From: Candidatus Binatia bacterium
GTDB taxonomy: Bacteria > Desulfobacterota > Binatia > Bin18
Assembly (NCBI GenBank): GCA_963664395.2
Contig: OY761159.2
Span: 2,048,001-2,112,000, forward strand
Length of the DNA: 64,000 nucleotides
Direction: 5' to 3'
In this document: positions 29,460 to 38,440 of the stretch, piece after piece
Position numbering within the stretch: position 1 is the first letter of the stretch
How the letters are laid out: every line of letters begins with the position of its first letter
The notes under the pieces: generated by a model
Databases searched by the model: none
Told to the model about the DNA's origin: nothing
The model's input: the letters and a program-made list of their open reading frames with translations, nothing else
Position numbers and translations under genes: made by a program

Positions 29460-29756
29460 ATGAAACTCCTTGGGCGAGCTGTCCGATGGAACGCTGAGAA
29501 AAACATACAACTCCAAGAAGAAAGAAATGTCAGTTTTGAGAAGATTGTGGCGGCAATAGCGGCAGGCAACCTATTGGACGACTTGAAACATCCCAACTGG
29601 GAACGCTATCCGCGTCAACGGCAGTTTGTCGTTTCGTTCAATAGATACGCTTACGTCGTCCCTTATGTAGAAGAAGAAAACGATACGTATTTTCTCAAGA
29701 CAATTTATCCAAGTAGAGCCATGACGAAGAAATATCTTGGACAAGGTGGGGACTAG
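29460..29756 (+). CDS. BrnT-like (RelE-fold) toxin
   Basis: WNAEKN..L..ERNVSFE, HPN..RYP.Q, YAYVVPYV, FLKTIYPSR..TKKYL. Confidence 0.85.
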   Translation: MKLLGRAVRWNAEKNIQLQEERNVSFEKIVAAIAAGNLLDDLKHPNWERYPRQRQFVVSFNRYAYVVPYVEEENDTYFLKTIYPSRAMTKKYLGQGGD

Positions 29757-29758
29757 CC

Positions 29759-31051
29759 ATGCCCGACGAATATATCCACGAAGAGCCGCTAGATGAAGAA
29801 GAACGGCAGTTGGCTAAAGAACTGGAAGCCGGAGAGTGGGTATCCGATCCAAACTCCGTCATTACAGGCTCGGCCGTAGAGACCGTATCTGCGCTCGAAG
29901 CAGCGGCCGACGAGCTCGAACGCGCCCAAGGAGACCCGTACCGGTGGAAATGGGTCATCCTGACTCTTCATAGCGCTGTTCAAGGCATGATGGCCTTGGT
30001 ACTGAAAGGCAGTAATGGGCTCAATGTACTGAAATCCGATGACGCGAAACGATGGCTGGACGCTTATGAAAACGGCGCGCCGCTTCTGGCGGATTTGGAA
30101 ATGGATAGTTTCCTCAACCTGTACAAGAAGATCAAAAGTGACACTGTACGCTTCTATATAGACAGCGAAAAGTTCACGCCTCAAGGAACCCAAGGGCGGT
30201 CTATCAAACTACTGAACCAGCTTAGGAACCAGTTCATACACTTCACTCCGTGTACCTTCATCCTCGTGCGTAACGGACTACCCAAGATGACGCTGGATTG
30301 CCTCAACATTGCCCGTTTTCTCGCGGATGGCTTGAAGAACATAGCCTGGCCTGAAGACCTGGGGGGGCGGACGGAGAGAGCCTTCACAGCCGCTGATAAG
30401 GCAGCACAGGGGATGGAACAGGGTTCCGATCCTACCTTTGTCGTTACAGATGAATTTGTGGAAACAATTTCTGCGCTCGAAGCAACAGCCGACGAGATTC
30501 AGCACGTCCAAGCAGACCCGTACCGGTGGAAAGGGGTCATCCTGGCTCTTCATAGCGCTGTTCAAGGCATGATGACCTTAGCACTAAGAGGTACTAATAA
30601 TCTAAAGGTGCTGAAACCCGAAGATGAGAAACGCTTCCTGGAGGCTGTTAAAAGCGATGCACCGCTTCCGGCGGATATGAAAATGGACGATTTTCTCAGT
30701 CTGTATAAGAAGATCAAAAGTGAAGACATGCTTTTTTACGTAAACTCCGAAAAGTTTACGCCCCAAGGAACCGAAGGGCAATCTCTCAAGGCTCTCAACC
30801 GGCTCCGGGATCGGTACGTTCACTTCATTCCGTGCGCATTTATCCTTCGAGTCAACGGACTGCCAGAAATGACAATCGATTGCCTCAACATTGCTTGGTT
30901 TCTTGCATGGAACTCGAATAATGTCGGCTGGGACGTAAAAGACAATGAGGACGAGTTGGTTGAGCGGGCGAAAAGAGCGCTCACAGCCGCGTCTAAGGCA
31001 GTACAGGAGATAAAAGAAGCCTACGCTCTCCCGCCTTATAAATCGTTATGA
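29759..31051 (+). CDS. Antitoxin-like N-terminus fused to two tandem HEPN-like domains
   Basis: LDEEERQLAKELEAGEWVS N-terminus; internal duplication with a 582-nt period; RNQFIH and RDRYVH (Rx4H) motifs at equivalent positions. Confidence 0.7.
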   Translation: MPDEYIHEEPLDEEERQLAKELEAGEWVSDPNSVITGSAVETVSALEAAADELERAQGDPYRWKWVILTLHSAVQGMMALVLKGSNGLNVLKSDDAKRWLDAYENGAPLLADLEMDSFLNLYKKIKSDTVRFYIDSEKFTPQGTQGRSIKLLNQLRNQFIHFTPCTFILVRNGLPKMTLDCLNIARFLADGLKNIAWPEDLGGRTERAFTAADKAAQGMEQGSDPTFVVTDEFVETISALEATADEIQHVQADPYRWKGVILALHSAVQGMMTLALRGTNNLKVLKPEDEKRFLEAVKSDAPLPADMKMDDFLSLYKKIKSEDMLFYVNSEKFTPQGTEGQSLKALNRLRDRYVHFIPCAFILRVNGLPEMTIDCLNIAWFLAWNSNNVGWDVKDNEDELVERAKRALTAASKAVQEIKEAYALPPYKSL

Positions 31052-31224
31052 GGCTACCCGATAGAGCCTTCATTATTCGTCTCTCGGCAAAGCTGAACTA
31101 TCCTACTGTTTTTCTGGTCAAGTGCCTTGGTCTCTTTGGGGCGGAATCCAGCCGGTATCTGTGACTGGCGTTGCCAGGAGGCTCTGGAACCAATGCCAAA
31201 TTCTTTCCGTCCCCCGACCAAATC

Positions 31225-32082
31225 TCACTGATCAGATGTGAAAATCTTCCAGAGCTTGTAGGCTCCGTAGCCAACACCCGCAGCGGCGGCCACAGGTGCT
31301 GCCGCTACAAGGGCGGTTCCAGCGACCATCCCGCCGCCCACGGTACCCCCTATAGCTGCGAGACCGCTCGCAATCCCCGCCCCACTGAGCCCTGCGGTGG
31401 CTCCGGCTGCGCTCACAGCAGCAATACCCCCTGCGGTGGCTGCCGCTGCTCCTCCATATGTGGCTTTTCGCGCTACGGAACGAGCCGCCCGTTCCTCCGA
31501 AGGAACGTTTGGATCGTCCTTGAACACTGTATTGTTAAGGGCAGAAGCCATTCCTGCACCGCCTACGCCTCCTAAGACGCCAATACCGGCAACCGCTCCG
31601 CCACCAACAACTCCACCGGTGGTGGCTAAACCCGACATAATGCCAGAGCCCGAAAGACCGGCAACTGTACCCTGCGAAGCGACTGCCGCGATTGCACCTT
31701 TCCTAGCGCCTTGGGTCAAAAGAAGCGTTGTAAAAGCCGCAGTACGGTTCACCTGCTTGGAATCATGGTCTCCCGTAATACACCAAGAGACGAAGTGCTC
31801 GCAGTTGTTTCCCCATATGGAATATCCGCCCTTTCCGATACACGATTTGGCTCTCTTCACAGCTTCGTCTGAGGAAAAGCGACGAGATTGATATGCATGG
31901 GTCTTGATATCTCCGCCACGAGCGAACTGATCGAGGGAGGTACGGCGAACACGTCCCTTTGCCGGACCGTCCATAGGCTCGGAGTAGTGAATGACGCCTC
32001 CGCGTCCATCGCCAAGACCGTGGTGCGTGTAGACGCCGCGACTAACGCAGAGATGTTGTCCTTTGTACTGCCCGATCTGCAT
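31225..32082 (-). CDS. LRAT-family (permuted NlpC/P60) acyltransferase/phospholipase with glycine-zipper C-terminus
   Basis: YTHHG, VIHY, NNCEHF catalytic motifs; two GLSG.GI.SGLA..GG.VGGG.VAG repeats; AAGGAGG RBS. Confidence 0.85.
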   Translation of the reverse strand: MQIGQYKGQHLCVSRGVYTHHGLGDGRGGVIHYSEPMDGPAKGRVRRTSLDQFARGGDIKTHAYQSRRFSSDEAVKRAKSCIGKGGYSIWGNNCEHFVSWCITGDHDSKQVNRTAAFTTLLLTQGARKGAIAAVASQGTVAGLSGSGIMSGLATTGGVVGGGAVAGIGVLGGVGGAGMASALNNTVFKDDPNVPSEERAARSVARKATYGGAAAATAGGIAAVSAAGATAGLSGAGIASGLAAIGGTVGGGMVAGTALVAAAPVAAAAGVGYGAYKLWKIFTSDQ

Positions 32083-32154
32083 GAGTTGTCCTCCTTCAGT
32101 GCAATGAACCCTTGTGTACCGCCCACTCGCTAGAATTGTCCTTCTCAGCTTCCT

Positions 32155-34422
32155 TCACATTCTCAACCGCCAGGGAATAGCGGCGAAAAAACTTTTCAAC
32201 TCCTCATAGCGTTTCAGACGCTGTTCGAGAACCCGAAGGTCTTCTTGTGGGCCTCCGAAGGCAACTTTCAGCTCTTTGATGTGATTCTTGTATTGCTCAT
32301 CAAGGCTGTCCGCAGCTTTTTGAAAGGCTTCCAGTGTTTCGTCCCAAAACTTCCTAACTGTCCCTTCAAGAGTCGACAAAACTCGTTCTTCAACAAACAA
32401 TTCTCTAATTTTTTTGGCTAAACGATACTGCCAATTGCCTGCGAAAATCCGCCATACCAGTGCCCCGACTCCAACAGCTATTGCTAACCCCAAAGTAATC
32501 GGCCCCCCCAAAGTGGCGACAATTGAGGTCACGCCAGCCGCTCCAGCCGCCGACGCGGAAGAGAGGCCTAATGCAGCGGCCGCCTTGGCAACTATGACAT
32601 ACCCACCAAGATTTCCTAACGTGGCAGCCCAGGCTCCGAGCGCCCCAAGCGTTCCCAGCCCGGCTAACCCGCCAAGAAATGCTGCCTTTGCGTCAAATGA
32701 AAACCCAGACTCTCCCGGTGCCGCATCGCTAAACTCTTCCATTTGCTCATCATAATCTTGCACGAACTTCTCAATGAGGTCCCGAGTATCGTCAATCAGT
32801 CCAGAGCGAAAACGTGCTGTCTTGGATTGAATCTCTTCCAGGACATAGGAGGCCGCATACTTCTGCGCGGCCTTTTTATCGCTATAGCGCTGTTCAATCA
32901 TCGCTTCCAAGTTTTCAATTTGCGTTTCATTCTCAAAGACTGCTCGTAGGTGTTCGAGGTCTCGTTCCTTAAAGGCTGTTATTTTCTGTCTTGTGTTCTT
33001 GACCTGTGCGCCGTGCTCCTTTTTTCTTACGGGCTCCGCCTTCTCCAACCTCTCAAGGAGACTCTTCGCCTCGCTTTTGTCTCTCAGGATTTTTTCATAT
33101 CGACCGACCTGCTTTGCGTAAGTGGCGGTTCCTTGCTCCTTAAACGAGAGAATCTCTTTTTCTATGCACTTCTCTCTAATGGACGGCATGTGTGTCCCAA
33201 GGAGAGCGTGCATCTCATCCTCTAGCTTTTTCCGCCGTACGGGAAGTTCCTGCCAGAAGCTACAAAAACGGGCTTCAACGTCCTCAAGTTGCACTGTCCG
33301 TTTAAGTTGAGGTTCTAAATCTTTGAGGAGGTTCTTTCTGAAGTGTTCATACAGACCTCGTGATCCACCTTCTAGTATCTCCTTATTGAGTTGGTCAGTT
33401 GTGATGTCCCGATGGGCATGCGAGGCAACGATGAAAAGGTTCCCAAGCGTGGGAAAATTCTTGTCAACTGCTTCATAGTGAGGAAGGTTACGTAATAAGC
33501 TACTAAGACGTGAAAAATCTCCACCATCAATAAACCCTTGAGCCCGGCATATGTATAATAAAACAGATGCTTGACGCCCTACCTTATCGATAAGCGTCTC
33601 CTTGGTCTGCTTGTCGTCATAGCCAGGCAAATCCACGAGGACGCAGGAGTGGAGCAGCGGGGCGTCAGTAAAGGCTAAGACGGCTCCTTCTTCACTGCCC
33701 TGATACCCTGCCACCCACGGAGTGGAGCTTGGGTCAACAGAACTGTCCCCTTTTACGACTTTCAGCGTCGCGTATTTTTCAAGCGTATCCCAGCTCCCGG
33801 CCAGGACGCGGTTTTGTGTACAGTGCTGTTCGTCCTGCCATTTCTCAGGCTCAAAATTTTGTCCCATAAGCCACAAGTCTTCCTTAAACCACTCGGGGCG
33901 ATCTGAAACATGATGTACAAAGGTCGGGTATTTGGTGGTTGGCCGGTAGCTGGCTGGCAGGAATCGCCCTCCCAGATAGAAGTTACAGAGATGGGATTTC
34001 CCGGCATCAAAATGACCGGTAACGGCGACCCACGGTTTTTCCTTGAGAGCCACTACACGGTCACGGAATTGTGCAACGGTCGGGCTGATAGATTCGTTAC
34101 TATGTTCCTCCGGGTTGGGAAATCGGTCTATGTATTGAAGAAGCAGATTCAGGTCTTCGGTCAGAGATGAATAGAGGCTTTCATCAAAGTTGAAACTTGC
34201 CTTTTCATTATCTCCCCCATCTCCCCCACCCGCCGCGGCTAGGAATTCCTCAGTCGTGACTCCGAGCAACTGTGCCCACGGATTTACTAGGCGAATAGGT
34301 ACGTCGCCGGTTTCCTCATACTTGGAGACCTGGCCCTGTGTTATGCCAAGCTGCTGAGCGAGAGCAGCCTGGGTCAGTCCCGCTTGCTTCCGAAGTTCCG
34401 CTAGTCTGGATTTTGAAGTCAT
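32155..34422 (-). CDS. XRE-HTH fused to a dynamin-like GTPase with a hydrophobic glycine-rich hairpin
   Basis: LRKQAGLTQAALAQQLGITQGQVSKYE; G1 GHFDAGKS, G2 PTT, G3 DLPG; coiled coil; FLGGLAGLGTLGALGAWAA...LGGPITLG. Confidence 0.82.
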   Translation of the reverse strand: MTSKSRLAELRKQAGLTQAALAQQLGITQGQVSKYEETGDVPIRLVNPWAQLLGVTTEEFLAAAGGGDGGDNEKASFNFDESLYSSLTEDLNLLLQYIDRFPNPEEHSNESISPTVAQFRDRVVALKEKPWVAVTGHFDAGKSHLCNFYLGGRFLPASYRPTTKYPTFVHHVSDRPEWFKEDLWLMGQNFEPEKWQDEQHCTQNRVLAGSWDTLEKYATLKVVKGDSSVDPSSTPWVAGYQGSEEGAVLAFTDAPLLHSCVLVDLPGYDDKQTKETLIDKVGRQASVLLYICRAQGFIDGGDFSRLSSLLRNLPHYEAVDKNFPTLGNLFIVASHAHRDITTDQLNKEILEGGSRGLYEHFRKNLLKDLEPQLKRTVQLEDVEARFCSFWQELPVRRKKLEDEMHALLGTHMPSIREKCIEKEILSFKEQGTATYAKQVGRYEKILRDKSEAKSLLERLEKAEPVRKKEHGAQVKNTRQKITAFKERDLEHLRAVFENETQIENLEAMIEQRYSDKKAAQKYAASYVLEEIQSKTARFRSGLIDDTRDLIEKFVQDYDEQMEEFSDAAPGESGFSFDAKAAFLGGLAGLGTLGALGAWAATLGNLGGYVIVAKAAAALGLSSASAAGAAGVTSIVATLGGPITLGLAIAVGVGALVWRIFAGNWQYRLAKKIRELFVEERVLSTLEGTVRKFWDETLEAFQKAADSLDEQYKNHIKELKVAFGGPQEDLRVLEQRLKRYEELKSFFAAIPWRLRM

Positions 34423-34697
34423 GACCGCCCTTTCTCTATCTGGAATAGGGCGAATATAAATATCAAAATAATTCTTGTCAAGTTTTTATAGAGAAAATAA
34501 TTCTAATATAGATATTTTAGTTAAATTTATACTGAGGTAGAGGGGTGCAATAGAATGGCCGCTCTGCGGTAATCCGTCGAGCCGTGACAGACTATTTATG
34601 CAATAAGCACCGGGAGGCGATTGCAGCAGCCTACCAACATGGCTATGGCAAACACTCGGAAGACTCAGACTTTGATGGCTGGGCGGATCAAGGTCTT

Positions 34698-35966
34698 TCA
34701 AGCCGAACGCCGTAAGCGGCCGGCCTTCCAGAGCAGGCTCAGCAGCATGACCCAGAATACCTGGGCACCAATAGCCGCGGCCCACAGAAACCAGGCCAGC
34801 TTGCCGGCAAGGGCACACAGCAGCACGAGCAGAGAATAATCGCGGCTGGTCAGCCCGGCGACCATCTTTTCAAGCCAGACATCTTCCCAGCCGCCACGCG
34901 CCCGGCCCTGTTCTTGTGTTTTTTCAGCTCGCGTCACTAATGGGAACGAAATGAACGCGGCGGCGGCCAGCAGACCGCCGAGCAGCGGAGCGGCGGCAAT
35001 CGCGTCCTGTTTCCACACAGCCACCCCGACCCCGAGAAAAATTGCGATATGGACAACCGTATCCAGGCTGATGTCGAGCCACTCCCCCAGCGGCGATTCC
35101 AGCATTTTGACTCGCGCCACCTCACCGTCCACGCAATCCAGGACCGTCGAAAACTGAAGCAGCAGCGCCCCCAGCACTGTCCCCCCATAACTGCCAAGCA
35201 GAAAGCAGCTCGCGCCAAGAAGTCCGGTCAGACATGAAAGGACGGTAATCTGATTGGGCGTCAACGGGGTGCGGAGAAAAAGGCGGGTGAGCAGCCGGGA
35301 GCAGGTACGATTGAGATAGGCATCAACCAGACCGTCATGCGGGTTTTCCAAGGTGAGGAGAAAGGCTTGCTCAATCGCACCATAGTCGTCGTGTTGGGTC
35401 AAACGATGCAAGAAGTGCGGACTCGGGGACAGGACCGGAAGCTGTTCGGGGTGCTCTGCCGGCAGGCTTTCCTCCTGCGTCCAGGCCATCACCAGCGAAG
35501 AGAGTTGCGCCAGCGGGACAACCGCCAGGGTTGCATGATTGAGCCCGCCCCGTACCAGCCAGCCGTCCTCACCTGCTTGCCCCACGTCCTGAATCAAGGC
35601 TGGGCGGAAAAGCGTATCGCACGAAAAAACCAGGCAGTGTCCTGCGTCGGACCTGTCCTGAGCCGGGTCGAAGGAGTCTATACTTGAGCCCTCACCCCTG
35701 TCCCTCTCCCAAAGGGAGAGGGGTTCTGACGGAGGAAGCGGACCGTGCGGAGTGATCCACACAATGTCCGCGGTCAGTCGCGTGTCATTCTCCAGCGAAC
35801 GTTGCAGCACTTCTGCCTCTTCATTCCGCGCCAATACGTAGCAGACCCGTGCGCCGGCTCGCTGGGCAGTCAGCAGCGCGCGTTTCAGCAGCGAGAGACC
35901 TCCAAATTGTGTCAGCGGGGAAAGGGCTCCTACTCCTCCGGTTGAGATAACGGCAGAGTTCACCAT
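34698..35966 (-). CDS. CDP-alcohol phosphatidyltransferase with a degenerate N-terminal nucleotidyltransferase-like domain
   Basis: GGLSLLKRALLT; DGLVDAYLNR, TPNQIT, LDCVDGEVAR...GEWLDISLD signature. Confidence 0.88.
   Translation of the reverse strand: MVNSAVISTGGVGALSPLTQFGGLSLLKRALLTAQRAGARVCYVLARNEEAEVLQRSLENDTRLTADIVWITPHGPLPPSEPLSLWERDRGEGSSIDSFDPAQDRSDAGHCLVFSCDTLFRPALIQDVGQAGEDGWLVRGGLNHATLAVVPLAQLSSLVMAWTQEESLPAEHPEQLPVLSPSPHFLHRLTQHDDYGAIEQAFLLTLENPHDGLVDAYLNRTCSRLLTRLFLRTPLTPNQITVLSCLTGLLGASCFLLGSYGGTVLGALLLQFSTVLDCVDGEVARVKMLESPLGEWLDISLDTVVHIAIFLGVGVAVWKQDAIAAAPLLGGLLAAAAFISFPLVTRAEKTQEQGRARGGWEDVWLEKMVAGLTSRDYSLLVLLCALAGKLAWFLWAAAIGAQVFWVMLLSLLWKAGRLRRSA
35652..35723. repeat. 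Two palindromic repeat elements lying in frame inside the CDP-alcohol phosphotransferase gene
   Basis: CCTGTCCTGAGCCGGGTCGAAGG (35652-35674) and CCCTCACCCC..CCCTCTCCC-AAA-GGGAGAGGG (35689-35723). Confidence 0.8.
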
Positions 35967-36085
35967 ACGTGACCCAAACCGATATATACGGATGTTCCTG
36001 CTGACAAGCACGGCGGTCCTATGATTGCCTCGCATTTCTCGAACACTTACGATGCAGTCAGAATGCGTATGGAGAAAGGTCTTCT

Positions 36086-36877
36086 ATGAAGCAACGGTGC
36101 TCTGTGTCTTACTTGGTAGTGTACGGGCTGAGTTGCAGCCTGCTCCTGGTATCGTGCGGTACGGAGAAAAAGGACTTTATGGCCTCGGCGAAAGCGCTTG
36201 AAGGCCGGACGTTGTTTGCTCCGGCTATGGGCCAGTATGAGGAGGCAATCAAAGAGAACCCCGATAATGCCGAAGCCCATTATCGAATTGGGGCCTTGGC
36301 CAACGAGATTGGCAACAGTAATTTTGCAGCCCAAAAGTTTCGCGAGGCGCTGAATATCGATGCCAATCATCCAGGCGCGAAACGGGCGCTGACGACCTAC
36401 CATATCAATCGCGGGACAATTGCCCGGCAGCAAGGCCGGCTGAGCGACGCCCGCAGCGAGTTACAAGCGGCCGTGCGTATTGATCCGAGTTCAAGCCTTG
36501 CCCAGCTTGAACTCGGACGGGTCCATGAAGCCGATGGGCATCCGAACGACGCCATGCAGGCTTATGTGGCTTCGGCGGAGGCTGATCCGCAAAACAGTGC
36601 CACCCAACTGGCACTCGGACAGGGCTATCTTGCCCAAACGCAGTACGCTGAGGCAGTGGCTGCGTTTAACGCTGTGCTGGATGCCAATCCGGACAGGGCA
36701 GAAGCCCATACCGGTCTGGGAGAAGCCTATTTTCACCAAGGCAGGACACAGGAAGCAAAGCAATCCTTTGAGCAGGCCATTCGGCGCTACCTGCTCAAAG
36801 GGCGGCGGGACCTGGCGAAGCAGGTCAAAGAGACATCAGACGCCCTCTTACCGCCAACCTCAGGAATAACAAAATGA
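36086..36877 (+). CDS. TPR-repeat lipoprotein
   Basis: LLVSC lipobox-like motif; repeated P.NAEAHY.IG, A...LG..Y and AEAHTGLG TPR units. Confidence 0.85.
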   Translation: MKQRCSVSYLVVYGLSCSLLLVSCGTEKKDFMASAKALEGRTLFAPAMGQYEEAIKENPDNAEAHYRIGALANEIGNSNFAAQKFREALNIDANHPGAKRALTTYHINRGTIARQQGRLSDARSELQAAVRIDPSSSLAQLELGRVHEADGHPNDAMQAYVASAEADPQNSATQLALGQGYLAQTQYAEAVAAFNAVLDANPDRAEAHTGLGEAYFHQGRTQEAKQSFEQAIRRYLLKGRRDLAKQVKETSDALLPPTSGITK

Positions 36878-36925
36878 GGTCCTCACCGCATAAGGAGGAC
36901 GGCTTTCTGTCGGGACGATATGCGT

Positions 36926-37726
36926 CTAGGTATATCGCTGCAAAAACGAGACAGCCGCCCGATTGAACGTGTCCGACGCTTCAAGATTGACGGCGTGCCC
37001 GGCTGCGGCCTCAACGATTTCCAAATGTGGCAGGGTCTGCTCGGCAAAGCGGCGGCGCGGCGTAAAGCGCTCTTCCTGCGTGCCGCACACGAGCAGGGTC
37101 GGGACCCGATTGGTTTTCATCAATGCCGGCTCAATCGGGTCGGCGAGCGAGGTATAGCGCGCAGTATAAGCGGCACCGAGCGGGTCGTGCAGGGTCGCGT
37201 CCATACACAGCGCCTGTTTGAATTCCGGTGCCAGACGGCGCGCATTCTTTGGATGAACGGCTATTCTTTCGAGCGCAGCAGCCCCATCACGCTTCACCAG
37301 AGCAATCAGTTTGTCCGTCCCCGGACGCACCTCTTGCACCCACTCCACACTACTGAACGCAGTAGAGGAATTTGTCACAAGGTGAGCCAGGACTCGGTCC
37401 GGATGAGCCAGGGCATAGCGCAGGGTCAATCCAGCGCCAAGAGACTGACCAATGACAAACCAGTGTTCCACTCCGAGCGCTTCACGAATGTGTTCAAACG
37501 CCTCCACATACCGCTCCGGGGCATAGGCGTGGGGGTCTTGGGGGGCGGGCGAACGACCGTGGCCGAACAGCTCAACAATCACAGGGCGGCACACTATGGA
37601 AAGCGCCTCCAGATTAGGCAGCCACTGGGCCCGGCTTGAGAGAAAGCCGTGCAGCATCAGCGCATACGGCCCCTGCCCTTCTCGGACTTCGTAGTACGGC
37701 AGCAACATGGCTGGTTTTCTTATCAT
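36926..37726 (-). CDS. Alpha/beta-fold hydrolase (MenH-like)
   Basis: LHGF, ELFGHGRS, GQSLG nucleophile elbow, AGHAVNLE. Confidence 0.88.
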   Translation of the reverse strand: MIRKPAMLLPYYEVREGQGPYALMLHGFLSSRAQWLPNLEALSIVCRPVIVELFGHGRSPAPQDPHAYAPERYVEAFEHIREALGVEHWFVIGQSLGAGLTLRYALAHPDRVLAHLVTNSSTAFSSVEWVQEVRPGTDKLIALVKRDGAAALERIAVHPKNARRLAPEFKQALCMDATLHDPLGAAYTARYTSLADPIEPALMKTNRVPTLLVCGTQEERFTPRRRFAEQTLPHLEIVEAAAGHAVNLEASDTFNRAAVSFLQRYT

Positions 37727-37735
37727 AAGTGGCGC

Positions 37736-37803
37736 TCACCCCAAGATTTACCCCCAAGATTCACCCCTAAGATTCACCCCAAGATTCACCCCTAAGATTC
37801 ACC
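37736..37803. repeat. 12-13 bp tandem repeat TCACCCC(T)AAGAT x5 plus a partial unit
   Basis: Directly visible; fills nearly the whole intergenic gap. Confidence 0.95.
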
Positions 37804-38314
37804 ATTGTTGAACGGGCGATTCAGGCGACTGCGGACAGACACCGGGACACTCCTCCTGCTGAGGAAAATCAGGCAAGCCCTCAATCGAAACAGGGTTCAC
37901 CGCACTGAGCATAAAGGTGCGCCTTTTATAATACAGTCGGCCTTCAAAGCGCAGGGGCAGCCCTTCGGCGGCGTCACTTTGAAGGTATTCCATAATCGAG
38001 TCCGGACCAACAAAGAAGAGAAAGCGCCCAAAATGGCGGAGCGCAGCCGGATCATGGTTTCCTGCCGTCCGCACCTCGACGTCTCGGATGCGCATTTTCC
38101 ATACTTCGCCGTCCATACTAATTTCAAAGTACGGATACAGCTCGCTGATCTCATCGTCCGGGCGAATTAACACGCCAGTCAACATCATGGGGACGCTTTG
38201 CGCGGATGCGCTTAGCGCCTCAGACAGGAGGAGAATGACGATAAGGAGTAAACAAGCGGTCCAATGAGTAAACGCGCCCTCCACAGACATACAGATGTTG
38301 GCACGTTTACTCAT
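37799..38314 (-). CDS. Hypothetical exported protein
   Basis: Signal-peptide-like LLLIVILLLSEALSASA; start uncertain. Confidence 0.6.
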   Translation of the reverse strand: MSKRANICMSVEGAFTHWTACLLLIVILLLSEALSASAQSVPMMLTGVLIRPDDEISELYPYFEISMDGEVWKMRIRDVEVRTAGNHDPAALRHFGRFLFFVGPDSIMEYLQSDAAEGLPLRFEGRLYYKRRTFMLSAVNPVSIEGLPDFPQQEECPGVCPQSPESPVQQW

Positions 38315-38440
38315 TGTCGCATACACCCTCTTTGTCTTCGTAGCGCGCCTGGTGAAGAGAGGAAAAGAATAAGGAAATACTATGGTCACAGGTCTGGATT
38401 CTGTTACAAGGCAGAGGAATCATACGTGCAAGGAGCGTCT

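Noticed and set aside
37736-37803. Possible CRISPR array
   Set aside because: Units are 12-13 bp and contiguous with no unique spacers; no cas genes recognised in the window
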